Shown here: in pieces, positions 57,659 to 64,000 of the stretch | How positions within the stretch are numbered: position 1 is the stretch's first letter | Layout: each line of letters begins with the position of its first letter | Origin: an uncultured Acidobacteriota bacterium | GTDB taxonomy: Bacteria > Acidobacteriota > Terriglobia > Acidiferrales > UBA7541 | DNA: 64,000 nt | NCBI GenBank assembly: GCA_963702125.1 | Contig: OY969716.1 | Span: 2,515,606 to 2,579,605, forward strand | Direction of reading: 5' to 3' | Translations under genes and position numbers: made by a program | The notes under the pieces: generated by a model | Seen by the model: the letters and a program-made list of their open reading frames with translations, nothing else | What the model was told of the DNA's origin: nothing | Databases searched by the model: none

Positions 57659-57773
57659 GTAAGGGCGCTAAAGCCTTTCTCCACAGCGATTCAAAGTAGT
57701 TGCGGGACACGATGCGAACCCAAGATCGAAGCACAAGCAGCGGTTGCGTCGCGGTAAAAAGATGCAGACCGTA

Positions 57774-57793
57774 TGTTACAATGGTTTTGTAAC
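57774..57793 (+). promoter_or_regulatory. Extended -10-like TGTTACAAT overlapping inverted repeat GTTACAA-N5-TTGTAAC
   Basis: Read directly in the ileS/tonB-like divergent intergenic region, about 100 nt upstream of the ATG at 57885. Confidence 0.3.
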
Positions 57794-57884
57794 GGTGTCA
57801 GCCTTAGGGGGGCGGACATCCTTTTTTGGAGGGATGCGTCTAAGATTTTGTAAGTGTGTTTGCTGCAGTCTTAGGCGGACTGAC

Positions 57885-59099
57885 ATGACCGAACTGAGCT
57901 CCATCGCTTACCAGCCCAAGCCCGAACCCGTCGTCGATCCGAACGACACCACGCCGAAGCTGCGCCTCGGGCACTTCAAAGCTCCCACGCAAGATTCGAG
58001 ATGGAAGATGTTCGTCTCGAACATAAAAGAATTCATGACCGAGCGTCCTGTGAAGATCAAGGGCGCGAAGCCAACCGGGTTCGACAATCCGGGATTCGGC
58101 GACAGCTTCAAAGACAACCTGAAAGAATTTTGGAAGCCGGATGTGCGCGGGAACGTGAACTCCGACCTCCTCGTCGATTGGAACCAGAATTTTGGCGGCA
58201 CATGGCAGAACATCAAAGACTGGCTGAATCCACCGAAGCAAGCTCCTTGGAAAGGCACCAGCAAGCCGATCGCGGTGAAAGACATCTGGTCGAAAGATAC
58301 GCAATTCACGCGCGTGCAGGCCATGTCGCTGGTGTTCCACGTCGTGATCGTCGTGCTGCTCGTGCTGCCCTTCATCCACGAACTGATGTCGCCCGGCGTG
58401 ACCAACGCCAAATCGAACGTTGAAGTCACGGACATTTCCGAATACTTGAAGAAGCTGCCTCCCAGCGCGAAACCGGCGGGGGGCGGTGGTGGTGGCGGTG
58501 CGCACGAACTGCTCCCTGCAACGAAGGGCAAGGCGCCAAAGTTTGCTATGACGCAGTTCACGCCGCCGAAAGCCATCACCAACCCGAATGCGGCGCTGAA
58601 GATGACTCCGACGCTGCTCGGCCCTCCGGATTTGAACCTCAAACAACCGGACGCCAAGAATTGGGGCGACCCGCTCGGCAAGGTACTCAACGATTCCAAC
58701 GGCAGTGGCGGTGGCAACGGCATCGGCTCGGGCAACGGCACGGGCGTGGGCAGCGGTAACGGCGCTGGCCTCGGACCCGGTGAAGGTTACGGCACGGGGG
58801 GCGGCGTCCCAGGTGCGGGAACCGGCGGCTACGGCATGCCGGCCTGCGTGTACTGCCCGCAAGCGGAATATTCTGACGAAGCCGTCAAGGCGAAGTACCA
58901 GGGCACCGTGTATCTGATCGCGACGATCACCGCGGAAGGCAAAGCCACCGACATCCAGGTGGTGAAAGGCATGGGCCTCGGTCTCGACGAAAAGGCGATC
59001 GCCGCTGTGCGCACATGGCGCTTCACGCCGGCACGCGGCCCCAACGGGCAGCCTGCTTCGGTGCGCCAGACGATCGAAGTACAGTTCCGGCTGTTCTAA
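57885..59099 (+). CDS. TonB-family energy transducer (Gly-rich linker variant)
   Basis: One TM helix (MSLVFHVVIVVLLVLPF). The C-terminal TonB domain reads YSDEAVKAKYQGTVYLIATITAEGKATDIQVVKGMGLGLDEKAIAAVRTWRFTPA. The start is placed at ATG 57885. Confidence 0.7.
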   Translation: MTELSSIAYQPKPEPVVDPNDTTPKLRLGHFKAPTQDSRWKMFVSNIKEFMTERPVKIKGAKPTGFDNPGFGDSFKDNLKEFWKPDVRGNVNSDLLVDWNQNFGGTWQNIKDWLNPPKQAPWKGTSKPIAVKDIWSKDTQFTRVQAMSLVFHVVIVVLLVLPFIHELMSPGVTNAKSNVEVTDISEYLKKLPPSAKPAGGGGGGGAHELLPATKGKAPKFAMTQFTPPKAITNPNAALKMTPTLLGPPDLNLKQPDAKNWGDPLGKVLNDSNGSGGGNGIGSGNGTGVGSGNGAGLGPGEGYGTGGGVPGAGTGGYGMPACVYCPQAEYSDEAVKAKYQGTVYLIATITAEGKATDIQVVKGMGLGLDEKAIAAVRTWRFTPARGPNGQPASVRQTIEVQFRLF

Positions 59100-59200
59100 C
59101 CGCACCCGCTTCTACATTCGAATCCAGAAGCTCCACCACGTAACAAATTGGGTGTACCGTAACGACCACTGCGTCCGGGGGCGTTTGCGCTTCTGCTAGC

Positions 59201-60055
59201 ATGGTCGCTATGAAATTTACGTTTCGCACTTTTCTACCGGCTGTCCTCTTAACGGTCTGCGCCTTCCCGTCGCACGCACAGAATGGCTCGATTGAATTCG
59301 ACGCGCACATCCGCGCATCGGCGGGCGACGACGAGCCTGTGCGCGGCACCAATTTCTACCTTCTGCGCAAAAGCTACGCGGATATCGGTGTCGAAGCCGC
59401 GGCCAAGGTGCCCCCGCCTGACATGAACGAGTTCATCGACAAGCTCGACGTCTCGCGGCCGCTGAAAACCTGGATGAAGAAAAACAAGTGTGTGCACCTC
59501 TCCGGCGAAGCTTTCGTGAAGCTGATCACGCCGGACGATATGATCGTGGTCCCCGAGTTTTACAACACCTATCTCGATCGGCTGAAAGGCGATCAAACGC
59601 TGACGCTTCCGAAAGCGCATTTCAGCGAAAAAGATAAAGAAAAAGATCCGTCGAAGTACGAAGAAGGCGTCGCCGAATACAAAAAACAGATCAAAGAATT
59701 TTTGATCGCCAATCCGACCACCACTGACGGGCTCGGCCTCGGGCTGGAAGATATCGATCCCGGACATAAGTGGGACGTGCTGGTCACCAAAAACAAAGGC
59801 GTGCTGGACCACGAAACCACTATGCTCGCCGAAGGCAAATATCTTGCCGCGGAAACCAAGACCGACCTCGACGGACGCGGCTATTTCCGGGGCATTCCCG
59901 CCGGAAACTACTGGATCAGCACGCTGGATGTGGACGCCCTCGTGGGCGAGGAACACGAACGCTGGGACACGCCGCTTGCGGTGACTCCCGATCGCCAGGC
60001 CTACATCGCGCTTTCGAATATCAATGCCGTGCAACCTGCTGGAACCAACCCCTAA
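59201..60055 (+). CDS. Hypothetical secreted protein with C-terminal CarboxypepD_reg-like segment
   Basis: Signal peptide FLPAVLLTVCAFPSHAQ, and ..TDLDGRGYFRGIPAGNYWIST near the C-terminus. Confidence 0.45.
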   Translation: MVAMKFTFRTFLPAVLLTVCAFPSHAQNGSIEFDAHIRASAGDDEPVRGTNFYLLRKSYADIGVEAAAKVPPPDMNEFIDKLDVSRPLKTWMKKNKCVHLSGEAFVKLITPDDMIVVPEFYNTYLDRLKGDQTLTLPKAHFSEKDKEKDPSKYEEGVAEYKKQIKEFLIANPTTTDGLGLGLEDIDPGHKWDVLVTKNKGVLDHETTMLAEGKYLAAETKTDLDGRGYFRGIPAGNYWISTLDVDALVGEEHERWDTPLAVTPDRQAYIALSNINAVQPAGTNP

Positions 60056-60073
60056 TAGAACCTGATAGAATCG

Positions 60074-60676
60074 GTGTCCGTGCCCGACCTTCCAATCACT
60101 GAATCCATCGCGATGCTGGCGATGGAAAATTCGAAGATGCGCTACGATGCCGCGCGCGACATTTACGCGGCCGGCGTGGCCATGTGCGAGCCTGCGATTG
60201 AGGAATGGCGCACCGATCGCGAGTTCGATGAGCTGCTGGTCCGCTCGCCGCACGAATTTTCACCGTGGCGCACCGTGGTGGGCATCGCGGTGAAACCGGA
60301 AACCTTCGAAGCGATCCGCAAAGCCAACGATTCGCCGGCGCTGGCGGACGTGCCTCCCGACCAGGAAGCGCGTGAATTTGAGATTCGCTGCCCGGCAGGC
60401 ACCGAGATCGACGTGCTGACCACGCGCGATGGAAGCAGCGCCGGTCCGATTGGAAAATTTGTCGAGAAGTTCGGCGAAGGCATCCAGCAGATCGAGGTTT
60501 ACGTGCTCGACGTGGATCGCGCCACCGCCATTTTGCATTCGCGGTTCGGCGTGATCTCGATCTATCCGAAAGCGCGGCCGGGGGCCGATAACACGCGCAT
60601 CAACTTCTTCCTCGCCAAAGGGCCGGGCGACAAAAAAGTACTGATCGAGCTGGTGGAAGCGAAATCGGGCGAGTAG
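60074..60676 (+). CDS. VOC-superfamily (glyoxalase/epimerase-like) protein with extra N-terminal region
   Basis: The C-terminal half (GPIGKFVEKFGEGIQQIEVYVLDVDRATAILHSRFG...INFFLAKGPGDKKVLIELVE) resembles methylmalonyl-CoA epimerase/VOC modules. The start (GTG 60074) is uncertain. Confidence 0.45.
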   Translation: MSVPDLPITESIAMLAMENSKMRYDAARDIYAAGVAMCEPAIEEWRTDREFDELLVRSPHEFSPWRTVVGIAVKPETFEAIRKANDSPALADVPPDQEAREFEIRCPAGTEIDVLTTRDGSSAGPIGKFVEKFGEGIQQIEVYVLDVDRATAILHSRFGVISIYPKARPGADNTRINFFLAKGPGDKKVLIELVEAKSGE

Positions 60677-60812
60677 TCGCGCGCAACTGCCCTGCCGGGC
60701 TCGTCCCAGCCTTAACGGGCCATTCATTCCCCGCGTGTTACACTTTCACCAGTTCAAGCGTTATATCCAGTGAATCCTCTCTTCCCACGCATTAATCCAC
60801 AGGAGTGTGCCG

Positions 60813-61343
60813 ATGGGCTTTGTAAGCGAAATTGAACCAGCACAGGCCGGGCCGGAGCTGAAGGGAATCTACCGCAACCTCGAGCAGGGGCTGGGATTTC
60901 TGCCGCATTACTTCATGTCGCTGGGCGCGAAACCGAAAGTGATCGAAGCGCAGCTGGCGATGGACGACGCGATCATGAGCGACGGCGCCTTGACCAAGCT
61001 GGTGAAAGAGCAGGTTGCCGTGGTGGTGAGCAGCATTAATTCGTCGTCCTACTGCGTGAAATTTCACATGGAGCTTCTGCGGCGATTCGGAATCGACCGC
61101 GCGATGGAAAAGAAGCTCACCACGGATTACGAAAGCGGCCCGTTTGAGCCGAAGGTGAAGGCGCTGTTTCGCTTCGCGGAGAAGCTCACCAAAACGCCGG
61201 ACGACATTTTGCAGAAAGACATCGACGCGCTGAAGGAAGCCGGCTGGGACGACGCGGCGATTCGCGAAGTCGTGCTCACAGTCGCGTACTTCGGATACAT
61301 CAACCGCGTATCGCTCGGCCTCGGACTCGTAACGGATTTCTAA
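60813..61343 (+). CDS. Carboxymuconolactone decarboxylase/AhpD-like peroxidase-related protein
   Basis: NLEQGLGFLPHYFMSLGAKP, SSINSSSYCVKFH and VAYFGYINRVSLGLG are present. The ATG at 60813 is 8 nt after AGGAG. Confidence 0.7.
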   Translation: MGFVSEIEPAQAGPELKGIYRNLEQGLGFLPHYFMSLGAKPKVIEAQLAMDDAIMSDGALTKLVKEQVAVVVSSINSSSYCVKFHMELLRRFGIDRAMEKKLTTDYESGPFEPKVKALFRFAEKLTKTPDDILQKDIDALKEAGWDDAAIREVVLTVAYFGYINRVSLGLGLVTDF

Positions 61344-61380
61344 CGCCGATTTTCAGGCCGAGAGCGCGCGCAATCTCGCG

Positions 61381-64000
61381 CTATTCGCCGCTTTGCTCGA
61401 TCAGCTTGGCCACCAGCGCGGTCCAGCCCGTCTGGTGGCTCGCGCCGAGGCCCTCGCCCGTATCCCCGTTGAAATACTCGTAGAACAAAATCAAATCGCG
61501 CCAGTTCGGATCTTTCTGGAAAAGATCCACGTTGCCGTACACCGCACGGCGGCCGTCGCGCCGCAGGAACAGGCACAAAAGCCGGTGCGAGATGTCGCGC
61601 GCCACTTCCCACAGCGTCTTCTGCGCGCCCGAACGCATCGGGTACTCGACTTTAAACTCGTCGCCGTAGTAGTAGTGCACCCGCTGCAGCGATTCGATCA
61701 TCAGGAAATTCAGCGGAAACCAAATCGGGCCGCGCCAGTTCGAATTGCCTCCAAAAAGATCGGAGTTCGATTCGGCCGGCTCGTAATCCACCGAAGCCGC
61801 TCGCGCGCCGACCTGCAACGAAAACGGATGATCCTTGTGGAATTTCGATAACGCGCGGATGCCGTGCGGCGAGAGAAATTCATTCTCGTCGAAAACGTAT
61901 TTGTAGATGCGCTCGAGCTTGCTGCGATTTGCGATGGTGAGCAGCAGACGCGCGCCCTTGGGCGTCGATTGGCTCATATCCACGTGATCGGAAAAATCCG
62001 GGTTGTGCGCCATGAACCACTGCATGCGTTTGCGGAAGCTCGGCAGCCGTTCGAGGTCTTCGGGCTCGAAAGTTTCGACGGCGAAAAGTGGAATCAGTCC
62101 GACCATCGACCGCACCTTCATCGGAAGTTTCGTAGTCGCGCCCAGGTGCAGCACGTCGTAGTAAAAGCCGTCGGTGTCGTCCCACAGGCCGATGCCGGAT
62201 TCGCCCATCGATTCCGCGCCGATGTCGTTCATCGCCTGTGCGATGTAAACGAAGTGCTCGAAAAATTTGCTGGCCACATCTTCGTAAGCCGGATCTTCGC
62301 GCGCGAGTTCCAGCGAAATTGCCAGCATGTCCAGGCAGAACATGGCCATCCAGCTGGTGCCATCCGATTGCTCGATGAAATTCCCTGGCCCGAGTGGCGT
62401 CGAACGGTCGAACACGCCGATATTATCGAGACCCAGGAAGCCGCCTTCGAACACGTTGCGGCCCTCCGGGTCTTTGCGATTGACCCACCACGTGAAATTC
62501 ATCAGCAACTTATGAAACACCCGTTCGAGGAAATTGCGGTCTTCCTTCCCTTCCACGCGGCCGGCAATTTTGTAAACGCGCCAAGTAGCCCACGCCATCA
62601 CCGGCGGATTCACATCTGAAAAATTCCACTCGTACGCCGGAATTTGCCCGTTCGGGTGCATGTACCACTCGCGATGGAACAGAACCAGCTGCTCCTTCGC
62701 GAATTCCGGATCGATCAGCGCCATCGAGACGCAATGAAACGCAAGGTCCCACGACGCGTACCAGGGATACTCCCATTTGTCCGGCATCGAGATCACATCG
62801 GAGTTATACAAATGCGTCCACTCGTGATTGCGGCCGTAGTAGCGGCTCGGGTCGGGCTTGGGCTGCGTCGAATCCCCTTCGAGCCAGCGGCGCACGTCGT
62901 AGTGGTACGACTGTTTGCACCACAAGAGGCCCGCCAGCGCCTGCCGGTGAACGCGGCGCGCATCTTCACTGAGATTTGGATCGATGCGCTTGGCGTAGAA
63001 CTCGTCGGCTTCCTTGATGCGCTGCTCGAACGTGGCTTCAAAGCCGGCGTTGAAATAGGCGGACGCCGGCTGCGCGGCCGGAACGATTTTCTGATCCGTG
63101 AGGCGAAGCTTGATCGTCTGGCACTGGCCCGGCTGAATCGTCATCGAATAATGCGCCGCGAATTTTGTGCCCGCATGGTCGGGGTTGATACAGCCCTGCT
63201 CTTTATCGACCAGGTAGCGGTGAAACGCGTCCTTCACAAACGGCGAAACGCTTTTCTGGCCGTAGAGACGCTCATTGTTGGTCTCGTTTTCGGTGAAGAG
63301 CGGCTCGGGATTTCCTTCGCAGAGCAACCAGCGCTTGCCGTAGTGAAATTCATCCATCTCGAGCAGCACGCCGCCTTCTACGCCATCCACCTGCACCACT
63401 TGCGGCCGCTCGTATTCGTCGCCCCAATCCCACCGGTTGCGGAACCACAGCGTAGGCAGCAAGTGGAGCGGCGCCGCTTCCGGGCCGCGATTGCACGCCG
63501 TGATTTTGATCAGGATGTCTTCGCCATTCACCTTCGCGTACTCGATGAAAATATCGAAGTAGCGGTTCTCGTTGAACACGCCCGTATCGATCAGCTCGTA
63601 TTCCGGCTGCAGCCGGCTGCGGCTCCGATTTTCGTCCACCAGATGATCGTAGGGAAATTCAGCCTGCGGATATTTGTACAGATATTTCAGGTATGAACTC
63701 GTCGGCGTCGCGTCGAGGTAGTAGTAATACTCCTTCACATCCTCCCCGTGATTCCCTTCCTTGTTCGTCAAGCCAAACAGGCGCTCTTTCAGGATCGGGT
63801 CTTTTTCATTCCACATCGCGAGAGCGAAGCAGATGTGCTGGTGCCGGTCGCAGATGCCGCCGATGCCGTCCTCGCCCCACCGGTATGCGCGCGAACGCGC
63901 CATGTCATGCGGGAAATAATTCCACGCGTCGCCATTCGCGCTGTAGTCCTCGCGAACCGTGCCCCACTGGCGCTCCGACAGGTACGGCCCCCAGCGCTTC
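61381..64000 (-). CDS. GH63-like (MGH1-like) glycoside hydrolase, 5' end outside the window
   Basis: More than 870 aa. The frame stays open upstream of the track's ATG to the window edge (..[45 protein letters not shown]..). That sequence is the family's conserved N-terminal region. Confidence 0.8.
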   Translation of the reverse strand, partial: KRWGPYLSERQWGTVREDYSANGDAWNYFPHDMARSRAYRWGEDGIGGICDRHQHICFALAMWNEKDPILKERLFGLTNKEGNHGEDVKEYYYYLDATPTSSYLKYLYKYPQAEFPYDHLVDENRSRSRLQPEYELIDTGVFNENRYFDIFIEYAKVNGEDILIKITACNRGPEAAPLHLLPTLWFRNRWDWGDEYERPQVVQVDGVEGGVLLEMDEFHYGKRWLLCEGNPEPLFTENETNNERLYGQKSVSPFVKDAFHRYLVDKEQGCINPDHAGTKFAAHYSMTIQPGQCQTIKLRLTDQKIVPAAQPASAYFNAGFEATFEQRIKEADEFYAKRIDPNLSEDARRVHRQALAGLLWCKQSYHYDVRRWLEGDSTQPKPDPSRYYGRNHEWTHLYNSDVISMPDKWEYPWYASWDLAFHCVSMALIDPEFAKEQLVLFHREWYMHPNGQIPAYEWNFSDVNPPVMAWATWRVYKIAGRVEGKEDRNFLERVFHKLLMNFTWWVNRKDPEGRNVFEGGFLGLDNIGVFDRSTPLGPGNFIEQSDGTSWMAMFCLDMLAISLELAREDPAYEDVASKFFEHFVYIAQAMNDIGAESMGESGIGLWDDTDGFYYDVLHLGATTKLPMKVRSMVGLIPLFAVETFEPEDLERLPSFRKRMQWFMAHNPDFSDHVDMSQSTPKGARLLLTIANRSKLERIYKYVFDENEFLSPHGIRALSKFHKDHPFSLQVGARAASVDYEPAESNSDLFGGNSNWRGPIWFPLNFLMIESLQRVHYYYGDEFKVEYPMRSGAQKTLWEVARDISHRLLCLFLRRDGRRAVYGNVDLFQKDPNWRDLILFYEYFNGDTGEGLGASHQTGWTALVAKLIEQSGE

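Overview
This is a high-GC bacterial chromosomal segment with about 60 genes. By inference it is probably Acidobacteriota: it has three paralogues of the VWFA-related family recalled as TIGR03436, a Ser/Thr kinase-TPR protein and a CarboxypepD_reg-porin. Housekeeping blocks are lexA, korAB, recA with a PBP and an M23 peptidase, hbd and thiolase, mtgA, a UvrD-type helicase-nuclease, and an ileS-lspA-lgt-rluD operon. Accessory patches that look more A+T-rich by eye (not computed) lie between them. One holds a multicopper oxidase, a BmtA/SmtA-like metallothionein, a His-rich protein and three tandem small paralogues. One is a Dcm-Vsr-HNH restriction-modification cassette. One carries a DUF2971-like gene beside an AraC remnant, followed by miscellaneous enzymes. 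I found no rRNA, tRNA, CRISPR array, transposase or integrase. The observations I rate most worth following are listed here. (1) A 17-nt period-11 direct repeat (TTCGC-N6-TTCGC) sits upstream of lexA, recA and the helicase-nuclease, and is a candidate SOS operator. (2) Three tandem ~76-aa paralogous genes have no function I can name. (3) A 58-nt promoter module is duplicated on both sides of an orphan secreted-protein gene. (4) A metallothionein and His-rich protein pair lies near the copper oxidase. (5) Three VWA paralogues surround a membrane pentapeptide-repeat protein. (6) Three decayed genes are present: a TAG-interrupted DUF4424-like gene, a 5'-truncated hydrolase and an AraC N-terminal stub. 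Every call rests on reading the supplied ORF translations and the DNA. No searches or statistics were run, and start codons are approximate.
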